Assembly: GCA_002104905.1 (NCBI GenBank)
Contig: MCFE01000353.1
Coordinates: forward strand, 24,277-88,276
Direction of reading: 5' to 3'
Source of the DNA: Basidiobolus meristosporus CBS 931.73
Lineage: Eukaryota; Fungi; Basidiobolomycota
Length of the DNA: 64,000 nt
Shown here: positions 25,923 through 39,461 of the stretch, piece after piece
How the letters are laid out: each line of letters opens with the position of its first letter
Numbering within the stretch: the stretch's first letter is position 1
Notes under the pieces: model-generated
The model's input: the letters and a program-made list of their open reading frames with translations, nothing else
The model's database searches: none
What the model was told of the DNA's origin: nothing
Position numbers and translations under genes: made by a program

Positions 25923-27449
25923 GAAGTCCGCTACTGATTTGGTCGATATCGGCGGCCAGTCTGGCATTTATATAATGGCCGGCCTGAGCTAGGATGACAG
26001 CGTTCGCGCTCCTCACCGGCAGATCTGGTAGGGCAAGGAGGAATAGCGGTGATGCAAGAATGTGGATTCGGAGCTTTGTTGATGCGTAGTGTTTGTAAAG
26101 GGTTCTGCAAAAATGGACTCTCCACCTCGAAAGGGGCCGGATCTAGCCATGATTCATGAATGAACTGGTGTTAATGAGATCTCATTTCATGCACCGTATA
26201 GTGGTAGCCATACTACTCCATCGACATGTGCGGATGACGCGCAGCTCCAATGGATGGTTTGGAGGCTGGTTTACTGTCACCTTGCCCGTCACCACCACCC
26301 TGGGTTCGAAGGGTCCGGTACCTGCACTCTGTCCATTGTGTTTTTTCATGGCTATGTTACGAGCATACGGTTGGGTGTGATAAGCCCTGATAAGTGATCG
26401 GTCATCATTCCGTATGAGTTGGAGTGTGATGCTCAAGCCCCTGGTGCTACCTTGACCCTCTGGGCATCCCAGGCGGATTTCCGTCCGAGTATTGGTGGGC
26501 CCTCTTCCTCTGTACTCTATGTTTTTCAACCACTGGGGACCTTGGTTGACTAGGTGGTGCCACCCACATTCATAGCACTGGATATACGTCTGGATCCACA
26601 TGAAAGAGTTGCTGCATCTCGCTGGACAGGTATGTGCGCCCATGGGATTCGACATCCCAAAATGGATATCACCGAAGAAGCTTGCACCCATAAATCATGC
26701 ATGGTTGTTTGCTACTGCTCACCCACATTTTACCCTCTGTGTAGTCTACCCATTCTACTTGACCAGAGCCTACCATTGCTTCGGAGAGTTTCTCTCTCCC
26801 CCCATCCTCCCTCAGTCAGAGCGACCGCAATGAAACGCACGTCCCAGCCGAGCTTTCCAGTGTACATCGACAAGTAATATCCGGCTTCACTAGGTTGGCA
26901 TGCCAGAATCATCCCCATACACTCGTGACGCCCTTTCCAATCGGAGATGGCTGCGTCTCCAAGTGTTGCTAGACTATGGGCCTGTATCATAATCAACAAA
27001 CATATGCCGATCGACGAGACGGTTCTTCATAAAGTGTGCTACGTATGGCAACCACTGGCGAATCATGGTTCCGACTAGTCCATCTCCCGACGAATCCCTA
27101 TGGAAGTCATGGAAGTTTGCTGCATTGAAAGCATACGTTACCCTCCCCACATGCTTCCCACATGCTATGTCGTCATTAGTTGTCATGATCACAATACATG
27201 GGTATCGATCAAGAGCAGCCACCATTCCTGATCTATCCTGGTGTTCAGACTGACAAGGGGTTTTCTGTCGGAGCGGTTGATCGATGGTATTTTGCGGAGG
27301 GGAGGCTTCATAAGGTGATTTCATAGTTTTCCGAGGTTTGTCTCGCACAGTGATCAGTACCTACATATACGGAGCTTCGGGATACTTGAGACCTACTACA
27401 CGAGCCCAATCGGGGTTCAACAGTCACTTTGAAAAAGTGATGAGTGATT

Positions 27450-27960
27450 TATGGACATTTGCATCTGGTATGAGCCATTGGATTCCTTGAGATTACATGA
27501 TATCTACTTAACTGCTGCTATGTGATCAGATCCCTAGCTTTGATTACGCTGGCTAACAATCCCCACTGAATATGAAATATCTGATTGTGTTCCTAGCATG
27601 ATATATATCAAATTGCCAGCCATAGATTGATAAGGGAAGTCTGGGCCTACGGATGGTACCAAGCTCTCTTGATTTGGTTGAGTTTTGACCAAGTTAAGGT
27701 TTGTCTCCATTGGGGTTGCTGCCAGTTTACAGTCTTCCATTTGGTACTTCTGAAGTATATCTTGAATATACTGGGACTGGCTTAAGGTGATGGTCCAAGT
27801 TCTTCTGTCTATGGAGAACTGTATTCCTAAATGGTAGCTGAGCTCTCCAAGATTGTACATTTTGAACTTCATATATAGGCTGGATTTAGTCTCTTCCAAT
27901 GGTTTTTGGCTATTGATGGCTATAATTAGATCATCTACATATAGAGCTAATAGTGTTCTG
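27450..27960 (-). mobile_element. Ty1/copia reverse-transcriptase fragment
   Basis: LLALYVDDLII...KFKM.NLGELSYHLGI...LSQSQYI...ATPME...PYQSMAGNLIY. Confidence 0.85.
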
Positions 27961-30019
27961 AGTTGTGTAATAACACCTAAATATTCACCTAACTTGGTCA
28001 CTGAGAACATTACCTACAAATCTTAGAGAATCCTGACCAGATTCCTTATTGGGATTTACTTCAAATATTTTCACCAAAATACCAGAGCATGAAATTTTGA
28101 AGAGTTGTCCAAACAGCCTCCAACTTTGTACACATGTTCTTGGGACCTTCCTAAACCTGATCTAAGTGTTTGTTATGCCAAGACCATGTAAAAGTATAAA
28201 TACTACTATTACATTCAATAAATCATTGAGCAAAAACCACATAATCTACTTGTTTTCCTAATTACTTCCAATATCTCCAAGACTCTTACAACAAAGGATA
28301 GGTGTCCAGAACATGATATTTTTCATAGCTGTCTAAGTAGCCCCAAATCTAACCCAAACTTTGCACACATGCTCTTGGGACCTTCCTATGCATACCTTAC
28401 ATGTTTGTCTAGCCAGGACTATGTGAAATTAAACCACTACTTTCACATTGAATGAATTATAAGTGAGAGCCACTCAATATACTTGCTCTCTCAATCACTT
28501 CCAATATCTCCAAGACTCTTACAACAGGTTATGGGCCCCAAGCTGCCACTCTCTGCAATGTCTACTACTGCATCACTGGAATTTCCCCCCTGCTGAAAAG
28601 TTGGATGGATCTAACTATCAAGTGTGGAGGGTGAAGATGAGGACTCTACTATGGGAAACAGGACTTTGAGATATTGTTGTGGAAGAAGAATTTCCTCCTT
28701 AATGAAGAAGCCCTAAAGTACTGGAAGAAAGAACAAAGTGCCTTCAAGTGCATGTGCCTTAATCTTAAAGACAAATTGCTAATTCAATGCCCAAGAGCAA
28801 AAACATCCAAGAATTGAAAGGCATTGGAAGATACCTACTAGTCATGTTCAGCTGCTAAGAAAGTGTATCTTATATAGAAATTTGTTACTACAAAGATGCT
28901 GCCAGCTGTAGAAATGAAAAATTTAATTAACAGAATTACCCTGTTGGTTGATCAGATAGAATCTGTATGTGTACCAACTACTGATGAGGATGCAATAGTT
29001 ACCATCCTGAATACCCTAACAGACAGGTTTCAGGGTCTTGTTTCAGCCCTAGAGTTCAGAACTTAAATTTGACCTCAAATTATGTATATGGTAGGCTGCT
29101 GGATGAAGAATTAAGAAAATCAAGAGCCAATAAGAAGGAGGACAAAAATGCTCTAACAAGCAATGATAAAAAATAATGCAGCTACTAAGACCCTCTAAAG
29201 GCAGCAGCAACCTGTTTTGTAACTACTGCAAAAGGAAAGGTCTCCCATTGGACTGATGCCTCAAAAAAAGAGATAGCCAACAAAAGAAGTCTGAAAATGG
29301 AAATGCTGCAACAACTGAAATTCATCTACTCATATCTGCACTAAATATGACCACAAACAAGGATTCTCAGACATGGTATACTGACTCCGGAGCATCTCAA
29401 CACCTTACACACCAAAAAGAACTTTTACCCAATATTGAAAAACTCTGATAAAGAATGTTTTCATAGGTGACAATAGAACACTTCATGCAGTGGAGAAGGA
29501 ACTGTTGAAGTGAAACTCAGAAGGAGTAAAGAAAGCCATACACTTACCTTCAAAGAATTACTCTATGTAACTAGCAATAGTCAAGAACCTACTATCTGTA
29601 GGCAAGGCCACAGCAGAACAACTCAGTTCAATTTGACAATTATGGATGCAGGATCACTGATTAGAATGGTCCTCATATTGCTTTGGGTATCAGAGATCAG
29701 GATCTCTACAAGTTGACTTATATTCCATCATATCTGGAAGCCAATATAAGTAATTTGAACAAAGAAACACCAACTCTTTGGTACAGAAGATTTGGACACA
29801 TCAACTTTGATTATTTGCACAAAAAATCAAAGATCAGCTAATATCTGGAGTAAAAGTTGATCCCCCAGCAAATCTGGAGCACTGTGAAGCCTGCATATAT
29901 GGGAAACAAGCCAGGCAACCGTACAAGAGCTCTGATTAATGAAAACTAAGAAAAAATCAGATCTATTTCATGCTAACCTGTGTGGACCTATGCCATTTTA
30001 TTCTTAGGTGGGATGAAAT

Positions 30020-30230
30020 AGACTTGTTCCATCATTCCAGCTGATCATAGTGCCCAATAGTGCCATAGCATGCCAGATGGTGCCTGATCATGCCATAGAG
30101 TGCCAGAGGGTGCCATACAGTGCCAACTTGGGATCAAAGTTGACATGCATATGACCCTAAAATATCAAATTAATAACAAAATATACAGCACTTTCTGGCA
30201 CTATCATCAATGGCACAATGGAACAAGTCT
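30020..30230. mobile_element. 211-bp MITE inserted in copia integrase
   Basis: TIRs AGACTTGTTCCAT / ATGGAACAAGTCT, 3-bp TSD AAT on both sides, subterminal GTGCC(A) repeats. Confidence 0.85.
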
Positions 30231-30552
30231 AATATTTAGTAACTTCTACTTGTGATTATACAAGATACACATGAATCTACTTCATGGGGAGAATGAAAAA
30301 AGCTCTGTCTAAGCTCAGGGAGCTTAAAGCCATAGTGGAGAGAGAAAGTGCTGAGATTCAAGAAAATATGCTCTGGCAATGGTGGAGAATATGCCTTAAG
30401 GCTCTTTATCTACTTCTGCAAAGTTCATGGGATAAAGTAAGAGACCACCATCCCATACTCTGCACAGGGAAATGGAGTGGCAGAGCATGTAAACAAATCA
30501 ATTACTGATATGGTAAGATCTACAATCCATTAACAAAAATTATCATATGAGT

Positions 30553-31252
30553 TGTTGTATCCAAGAGAAAAGTGCAATAAAACTCTTGAATGGTTTAAGT
30601 GAGCCTAAGTGACAACTAAGTACAGAATCTTAGTATTGTCAGAGAGTGGTGGAAATATTAGCAGAAATATTCTGGTCCAATATTGGTCTTGTACATAGCT
30701 GGGTCTGGCTATAAAGGCAACAGAGTTGGGTTGCTATGCAGGCTAGGCTTGGTGTTCTTGGGAGTGCTAGATATGCTAGGCTTGGGTAGAAGCAAGAATG
30801 TAATTGTTGAGTTCTTTATTTTACTGAGACACAATCTAAATTTTGTTGAGACACACACTAAACCAAAAGGCTCAGTAAACTTTTTTTATACTTTACTGAT
30901 CAAGTTGAATGAGCAAGTGTCAAGAGACTGGACTAACTGAAATCTGTTGGGGTGTTGATAGGTGCATAAGATAAATGGCAAATTGCATCATTAATTGGAT
31001 TATGTCTTGGCAACTACTAAGTGGTTTGATAGACCTTAGATGACTAATTACTTGGAAAGGCTTAGAAAATCAGTTCAGGATGTAATGACCACATGAAAAG
31101 TGATCATGTGTGACAACTAAAAATAGATTCTGAGAAGTCATAAAGTAAGCCATAACAGGGATTAGTTATGTTTAGGTTAGGAAAAATCAGTTAGGGTACT
31201 GGATTTTCTAACGGAGTACAATAGGCTAAGTTTTAAATGTTGATGCACAACA
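30553..31252. mobile_element. ~700-bp solo LTR (family B)
   Basis: TGTTG...CAACA termini and perfect 5-bp TSD TGAGT (30548-30552 / 31253-31257); interrupts the copia integrase sequence. Confidence 0.8.
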
Positions 31253-31739
31253 TGAGTTTCAGGCAGAACTGGTTGCTCAAGCTGTATATCTCAGAATAGG
31301 AGTTATAGAAGAATACATTGTGATTCAACTCCATTTGAGGTATGGTGTGGATAAAGACTAAGTGCAGAGCATATAAAAATATTTAGGAGCGCAGTGTTGT
31401 AAGAATTTGTAATTCCACCTAGATATTCACCTAACTTAGTCACTTAGATCATCACCTTCAGCTCCTAGAGAATACTGACCAAACTCCTTGTTGGGACTTG
31501 GAATATTTTCACCAAAATACCAGGTACCCAGAACATGAAAATTCTCATAGTTGTCCAAACAGCCCCAAACTTTGCACACATGTTCTTGGGACCTTCCTTA
31601 TCCTATTCTACATGCTTGTAATGCCAAGACCAGGTAAAAGTATAAATACTACTTTTGAATTCAATAAATTATTAAGTGAAAACCACAAAATCTACTTGTT
31701 GTCCCTATCACTTCCAATATCTCCAAGACTCTTACAACA

Positions 31740-31751
31740 GGTTATGAGCCC
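31740..31751 (+). promoter_or_regulatory. Primer-binding site complementary to the tRNA-iMet anticodon stem-loop (half-tRNA priming)
   Basis: GGTTATGAGCCC directly after the LTR. Variants at 28527, 46738, 51584 and 51774. Confidence 0.8.
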
Positions 31752-32224
31752 CAAACTATCACCCTCTGCAATGTTGACTACTGCTTTTACTGGAATTTTC
31801 CCTCTGCTGAAAAGTTGGATTGATCTAACTACCAAGTGAGTAAGATGAAGATAAAGATGCTGCTACAAGAAAGAGGCCTTAGGGATATTGTCATGGGAGA
31901 AGAATGCCCTTCTAAAAATGTGAGAGAGGAAGCCTTAAAGTACCAGAAGAAAGAACAAAGTGCTTTGCACTCTATTTGCCTTGATGCTTAAGACAAATTG
32001 CTAATTGAATGCTCAAGAGCAAAAACAGCAAAGAATGCCTGGAAGGCATTAGAAGACAACCACCAGTCATGTTCAGCTGCTAAGAAAATGTATCTTAGAC
32101 AAAAACTCCTTACTACAAAGATGCCGCCAGGAGAAGAAATGAAAAATATAATTACCGGAATTACCCTGCTGGTTGATGAGATGGAAACTGTGGGTGTACC
32201 AACTACCAATAAGGATGCAATATT

Positions 32225-32573
32225 TGTTGTAAGAGTCTTGGAGATGTTGGAAGTGATTGGGAGGACAAGTAGATTATGTGGTTTTCACTTAATGATTTAT
32301 TGAATGTAAAAGTAGTATTTATACTTTTACCTGGTTTTGGCATTACAAACATGTAGAATAGGTTAAGAAAGGTCCCAAGAGCATATGTGCAAGGTTTGGG
32401 GCTGTTTGGACAACTCTGAGAATTTTCATGTTCTGGGCACCTGGTATTTTGGTAAAAATATTTGAAGTAAATCCCAACAAGGAATTTGGTCAGTATTCTC
32501 TAGGATTTGAGGGTAATGATCTATGTGACTAAGTTAGGTGAATATTTAGGTGGAATTACAAATTTTTACAACA
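32225..32573 (-). mobile_element. Antisense solo LTR of family A inserted in family-A gag
   Basis: Reverse complement of LTR 31395-31739 with perfect 5-bp TSD ATATT. Confidence 0.9.
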
Positions 32574-35189
32574 ATATTTACCATCCTGAATAGCCTGACA
32601 GACAGGTTTTAGGACCTTGTATCAGCCCTAGAGTCCAGAACTGAAGATTTGACCTTAAATTACATATATGAAAGGCTCCTGGATGAAGAATTAGAAAAAT
32701 CTAGCGCCAATAAGAAGGAAGAAGAAAATGCTTTAATAAGCCATGATAACTAACAAAGAAGATACCCAAGACCTTTCAAAGGCAAAAGCAACCTGTTTTG
32801 TAACTACTGTAAAAGGAGAGGACACACATCAGACCAGTGCTTCAAAAGAGAGATATTCAGCAGAAAAAGCCTGAATATGGGAATGCTCCAACAACTGAAG
32901 ATAGACTATTCATATCTGCACTAGATATGGCCACAAACAAGGGTTCTTGGACATAGTATACTGACTGTGGAGCATCTCAACACTTTACACACTAAAAAGA
33001 ACTTCTACCCAATCTCAAGAAATTTCAATTATGAAGGTTTTGATGGGTGACAATAGAGCACTTGATGCAGTGGGAGAAGGAACTATCCAAATAAACCTTA
33101 GAAGCAGTGAAGGAAGACATACTCTGACCTTTAAAGAAGTACTCTATGTGCCAGAAATAGCCAAGAGCCTACTATCTGTAAGCAAGGTCACAGCAGATTG
33201 ACTCAGTTTCAGCTTTAACAATTCTGGATGCAGGATCACTGATCTAAATGGTGCTCAGATTGCATTAGATATTAGAGATCAGAATCTCTACAAGTTGACT
33301 CATATTCCATCATATCTGGAAGCCAATGTATGTAATTTGATCTAAGAAACACCCATACTTTGGTAAAGGTGATTTGGACACATCAACTCTGACTATATGC
33401 ACAGAAAAATAAAAGATTAGCTAATTTTTAGCATAAATATTGATCCCCCAGCAAATTTGGAGCACTGAGAAGCCTGCATATATGGGAAACAAGCCAGACA
33501 ACCATTCAAGAGCTCTGGGCTAATCAAAACTGAGAAAAAAATAGATCTATTTCACTCAGATCTGTGTTGACCTATGCAAACTTTATCCTTAAGTGGGATG
33601 AAGTATTTGATCACTTTTATTGATGATTATACAAGATACATGTGGGTCTACTTCATAGAGAGAAAAAAAGAAGTAGCTTTGTCTAAGTTCAGGGAGTTTA
33701 AAGCCATGGTGGAGAGAGAAACTGGTGAAAAAATCAAGAAAATATGCTCAGAGGATGGTGGAGGGCTTACCTCAAAACTCTTCATCCACCTCTGACAAGT
33801 TCATGGGATAAAGCAAGAGACTACTGTACCATACTCCCCACAGCAAAATAGAGTAGCAGAATATGCAAACAAATCAATAATTGATATGTCAAGATCTATT
33901 ATCAACAATTCTCCTACAATTTTAGGCAGATTTAGTTGCCACAGCTGAATACCTTAAAAACAGGAGTTATAATAGAATACTTTGTGATTCTACTCCATTT
34001 GAGGCATGGTATATATACAGATCAAGTGCAGAACATCTAAGAATACTTGGGTGTACTGCATGTGCCAAGAAACTGCCTGGAAATCAGTCAAAACTTGAGC
34101 CAAAGAGTGTAAAATTCATATTCTTGTGCTACTGCAATGAGAGTACCGTATACAGACTCTACAATATCAAAGCAAAGAAGCTGATCAAGTCCAGGGATGG
34201 GTTGTTTGATGAAAATTCAAAATTTTCACAAAACATAATATCAGATGATGACAAAAATCTGCTCTCAAGTCCACCAATAGTAAGGATTGAATCAAAGTAA
34301 GACAATAAAAGCTTTTCACTCTAATGGACTCTACAGCCAAGGTCAGCCTGAATTAGTGCCCAGGAATATCCCAGAAGTGATCATTCCAGTATTAAATGCC
34401 TGGAGATCCAACCAGAAATGGAAATAGCCCAAATTACTATATCAATGAATGTACAAACTTAGCCTATGCCTATTCAGTCCATATTGAGTAATCTCAGACT
34501 GTTAAACAGGCCCTAAATAGCCCTCAGACAAAGTTTTGGAGATCTGCAATGACTGAGGAATATCAGTCCCTGATGGAAAATCAAACTTGGGACTTAGTCA
34601 AATTACCCATCAACCAAAAATGAATTGGATGCAGATGGGTCTTCAAGACAAAATACAAGGCTGATGGTACAATTGAGAGATACAAAGCAAGACTTGTAGC
34701 CAAAGGATACTCTCAAACAAAAGGACTTGACTATACTGAGACCTTTGCACCAGCACAGTATATGATATCCTGTGAAGCTACAAAAAAAGCAATGTGGTCA
34801 ATAAAGCTTTGAAAGACCTGGGCTTATGTCAAATATACCAATTGGATTAATTCAAGATAATCAAGGATATACACAATTATGTATAAATCCAACTTTCAAT
34901 GCTAGAACTAAGCACATAGATTGGGGCCATCAATCATTATCAATTAGTAGGGCTTCCTGCTTCCCTATCACATGCCCCCATCCTTTTGATGGAGGGGGGG
35001 AGGAACTTATTGGTAGTGGCCCCCTGGAGGATGGGGTTACTACCATTTCCCCCACCATGGTTATCTCATGTGTAGGGGTTGAGGGGGGAAGGGGAGGGGC
35101 CAGGGGGGCCCTTAACAAGCAATTAGTGATGGGTAACTTGCATCCTATTGGCTTAAAATTAAAGAAAAAATAATTATAGAAATCTAGAG

Positions 35190-35740
35190 TTTATCACCAG
35201 CACACATCAGCTCAATCTATGCCAACACCCTTCGCAAGAGCACCCTGCATCAAGTCAATGCACATCAGATCAACAAGTTTGCTTTAGAGCAAAACTATTG
35301 GAACTTGCCAAACTGATCATTTAGACACAAGTCCATTGGAGCAGGCCAAGTTGTGTTAACATTTAGCATTACATTGAATTCAGCCAAGGGCTATGACAAC
35401 ACATTGAGTTGCACCTGTGCATGCCATATACCTGACCATCAGCAAGATACTTCTGGTGAACTGACTAATAATGACCTACATGAAGTGCCTCCACTACTGG
35501 AGCCTGTGGCAAGTAAAAGAACATGTCAGTGTGTGGCACTACAGGCTGGCTCCATTATATCATCTGAAGCAAATCAGTGTAGCCAAGCTCCAGCATTGCA
35601 TTCATCAACCAGGAGGCAAAATACTGTCCACAAGTACACAAGTTGCCAAAATGATGGTCAACAAGGAAGTAGCTCAGGTGTGCAAAGTGAACCACTACCA
35701 AATGCTTCAGTAATATTCCTTGCAAGAAAAAGAATCTAGG
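35190..35740 (+). mobile_element. Possible MULE-like transposase C-terminal remnant
   Basis: HQVNAHQINKFALEQ, degenerate SWIM-like SCTC..H, and a frameshifted KRTC/VCGTTG zinc-knuckle-like motif. Confidence 0.3.
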
Positions 35741-36771
35741 AGAAGATGATGCAATTGCATTGAATTGTTACCATTTGTCATAATCCATATAACACATTTT
35801 TTTCATAATCCATATTAAGCCATTGCAAATCAGTTATCACTAAATTTCTGATACAAGTAATTTCAAAGTTATCTCACATTTGAGATAGAGCCCTTATAAT
35901 AAACACCCTATGGTAATGTCAAGGTTGTACCATATTCAAGACAGAGGACCTATAGTAAACATCCTGCATATATATACATCATCTGTAACACCATTTCAGC
36001 TGTTTGATCTGATTTTCACCTACATAATTGGTTGTGTGGTTGCTATGACACCATGTCCAATCACTAAGATAAGGGATTTACGTGCACTGTAGTGGGGTCA
36101 CAGTGACACCCACAGGCAGATGCGTTCATTCCCATACGTTCACTTCCCTAAAATGGATTACCCCCCTATATTAGTATCATCCCAAATTGCAATATTTTCT
36201 ATCTGTCTATGTGATTATTACTATGCAACCTGGCAAACTATTTGTCACTATTAACCCATTGCACAAGCTATTCCTATTCCTTGTCAAGATGCCAAGATAA
36301 GATAGTTACCACATAAGGCAAGAACCCCCAACAGTGCCTAGGTCATGTGACCATCCTGGTCTCATAACCCTCCTATCGTACTACCATATGAGGTAACTAC
36401 ATGACACAGAGGTTTCATATTACCACTATCTGATTGGCTAGGTGCTACAATGTCTCATGGAACAATCCACCACAAATTTGAGCTATTTTTAGTACACAAT
36501 GATATGATTGGCTGTCTACTACCTTCTGGAAACTCCTGGAAAGTATTTTCTAGCAAGAATTTGAGCAGCAAAAAAGTATATAAGGGAGGCTATCCCTTAA
36601 AATAAATCACCCTCTTCCAATATTCCAACTTATTGATTAGTGAGATCACCGCTACCTATTACCACTACTTTCTGACTCAGACCTGACAATACTCCCAGGA
36701 AACTGTGCTGACAGCCAATTGACCTTGGAGGCACCATTTGTGAGGAATACTCAGAGTAGGTATATTTTATT

Positions 36772-38587
36772 AGACTTGTTCCGTTGTAGTGGGGTCACAG
36801 TGACACCCACAGGCAGATGTGCTCATTCTCATACGCTCACTTCCCTAAAAAGGATTACCCCCCCTATATTAGTATCATCCCAAATTGCAATATTTTCTAT
36901 TCTGTCTATGTGATTATTACTATGCAACCTGACAAACTATTTGTCACTATTATCCCATTGCACAAGCTATTCCTATTCCTTGCCAAGATGCCAAGATAAG
37001 ATAGTTACCATATAAGGCAAGTACCCCCCAACAGTGCCCATGTCATGTGACCATCTTGGTTTCATAACCTTCCTATCCTACTACCATAAGAGGCAACCAC
37101 ATGACACAGGGGTTTCATATTACCACTACCTGATTGGCTAGGTGCTACTATGTCTCATGGAACAATCTGCCAAGAATTTGCGCTATTTTTAGTACACAAT
37201 GACATGATTGGCTGTCTACTACCTTCTGGAAACTTCCGGAAAGTATATTCTAGCAAGAAATTGAGTAGCAAAAAGTATATAAGGGAGGCTATCCCTTAAA
37301 ATAAATCATCCCTCTTCCAATATTCCAACTTATTGATTAGTGAGATCACCGCTACCTATTACCACTATTTTCTGACTCAGACCTGACAATACTCCCAGGA
37401 AACTGCGCTGACAGCCAACTGACCTTGGAGGCACTACTTGTGAGGAATACTCAGAGTAGGTATATTTTATTATATTTGCTTGTTTTCCCAAGTTTGTTCT
37501 TCTACAGGCAAAGATACTTTTCAGTCTTTGTAACTATTGGTCAAAGCTGCATTCTTATCAAGTCCCTGTTGGTGGAGTTTACAGTTGTTTTGACTTTGGA
37601 AGCTTTAGTACATAGTCATTTCAAAGGATGTCAAAGCCATTATAAACTTTTGTTAAGACGCCAACTAAGTTGGGGATTGTAGTTCAATAGTTTTCCCTTG
37701 ACAAGCTTGAGGCTTTATCCCCCATCACATTGGATTAGACAAAAGACCCAGTATTCCTAGCAGGCTTTTGCCAGAGGTTATTGCACCCAGTGAACACCCC
37801 ACACACATTCACACTTGAGAAGTGTTGGCTGTATTTTGCCCTTTGGACTTATACACCACCACACCATTGGATAGTGCCACATTGAGCCATGAGTGCCAAA
37901 TGATGCCATAGTGTGCCAGAGAGGCCAAGTAAGCCTCTACCTGGCCACAGAGTGTGAAACATAGCGCCACATCTTCATGCAAAGCAGCCCCTGTGTTTCA
38001 CCCATTGTGTTGGAGAAAATCCATTTTTTGACCTTTTTTTTGGATCAATGTGGTGCAGGATGAATTAGAGCACAAGCAGATTGAAGATATGCATCTGGTA
38101 CTCAATACCCATGGCACTCTGAATCTAGCTCCTGTAGCTTGTATCATGTCACAAAAATGAATGGCACTATCTTGGTCCACTTGTACTATCTTGCACTATA
38201 AGTGCTTTGTATAGATCTTACTTTAGGGCTAATAGTTAAATATAGTGCCAGATAGCACCAGTGGACCAAGATAGTGCCATTCATTTTTGTGACATGATAC
38301 AAGCTACAGGAGCTAGATTCAGAGTGCCATGGGTATTGAGTACCAGATGCATATCTTCAGCCCTCCTGTGCTCTAACACACTCTGGGCTACACTGATCCA
38401 CAAAAAAAGGTCAAGAAATGGATTTTCTCCTGCGCAATGGGTGAAACACAGGGGCTGCTTTACATGAAGATGCAGAGCTATGTTTCACACTCTGTGGCCA
38501 AGTATAGGCTCACTTTACCTCTCTGGCACACTATGGCATCATTTGGCACTCATTGCTCAATGTGGCACTATCCAACGGAACAAGTCT
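36772..38587. mobile_element. Foldback MITE (~735 bp): ~347-bp inverted arms around a 40-nt spacer, left arm interrupted by a solo LTR
   Basis: Ends AGACTTGTTCCGTTGGATA / TATCCAACGGAACAAGTCT. Arms 36772-36784+37868-38200 and 38241-38587. TSD ATT/AAT. Confidence 0.88.
36785..37863 (+). mobile_element. 1079-bp solo LTR (family E, inner copy)
   Basis: TGTAGTGG...CCACCACA termini and 4-bp TSD CCGT/CCAT inside the MITE's left TIR. Confidence 0.85.
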
Positions 38588-39461
38588 AATATATTTGATT
38601 GTTTTCCCAAGTATGTCCTTGTGCAGGCAAAGATACTTTTCAGTCTTTGTAACTATTGGTCAAAGCTGCATTCTTATCAAGTCCCTGTAGGTGGAGTTTA
38701 CAGTTGTTTGGACTTTGGAAACTTTAGTACACTCTCATCTCAAAGGATGTCAAAGCCAGTATAAACTTTTGTTAAGACGCCAACTAAGTTGGGGATTGTA
38801 GTTCAATAGTTTTCCCTTGACAAGCTTGAGGCTTTATCCCCCTTCACATTAGATTAGACAAAAGACCCAGTATTTGTAAAAAGCTTTTGCCAGAGGTTAT
38901 TGCACCCAGTGATCACCCCACACACATTCACTCTTGAGAAGTGTTGACCATATTTTACCCTTTGGACCTATACACCACTAAGTGCAATGGGCAAAATGGG
39001 CTATTTGATGGCAAATCAGGTAGCTTACTTATTGGTCAATGAGCTAATTGGGCACTAACAGCTTGAGCATACTCTTAGACCAATCTACCATTGATATACC
39101 ATCCAACTGGAGTGATAGTAGCCAAAATGGCAAGTATTAGTGTAGTTTTTAGTATGATGCGCATTTATTTCCATATATATTAAAGAAACATATCCAAATA
39201 CTGGATTTTACCTGCCACAATAATGGTATGTAATCATACATGTGATGCAAGCATTGCAAGTTGGTGCAATCAACCAGGCCAACTTCAATGTGTTAGATTG
39301 TGCCATGGTGAGCAAGATTATGCTATATAGTGTAAAATTTTCAAAGAGCAATCCTGCCTACTGGTAGCTACAATATCATGCCCCATTTTACTTTGTAATC
39401 ACAGATTGCACTACACACCCTGGCATGGTACAATGGAACAAGTCTACCTAGCAGATAACCA

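Larger units (their letters stand above)
27961..31394 (+). mobile_element. Decayed Ty1/copia element, family A copy 1 (5' LTR partly duplicated; gag-protease-integrase; 3' truncated)
   Basis: LTR ends ...TCTTACAACA at 28293 and 28526. PBS GGTTATGGGCCC at 28527. Gag start PPAEKLDGSNYQVWRVKM, protease WYTDSGAS, integrase remnants; many stops. Confidence 0.85.
31395..34920 (+). mobile_element. Decayed Ty1/copia element, family A copy 2, with most of RT deleted
   Basis: LTR 31395-31739 (TGTTGTAAGA...TCTTACAACA), PBS 31740, integrase YLITFIDDYTRYMWVYF. RT start ([11 protein letters not shown]...TFAP) joins directly to RNase H ([13 protein letters not shown]...ARTKHID) at ~34752. Confidence 0.85.
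36088..38980 (+). mobile_element. ~1.07-kb solo LTR (family E, outer copy) split into 36088-36768 and 38591-38980 by a foldback MITE
   Basis: Starts TGTAGTGG and ends ...CACCACTA(A). The two parts are colinear with the uninterrupted inner copy at 36785-37863. TSD not clean. Confidence 0.75.

Noticed and set aside
26100-27400. Possible spliced gene (several 60-170 aa ORFs, a strong GTATGT donor near 26630)
   Set aside because: I could not build a consistent model on either strand or recognise a domain.
30040-30130. Short GTGCC repeats resembling a CRISPR or satellite array
   Set aside because: Irregular 5-6-nt motifs inside a TIR-bounded MITE; no repeat-spacer structure.
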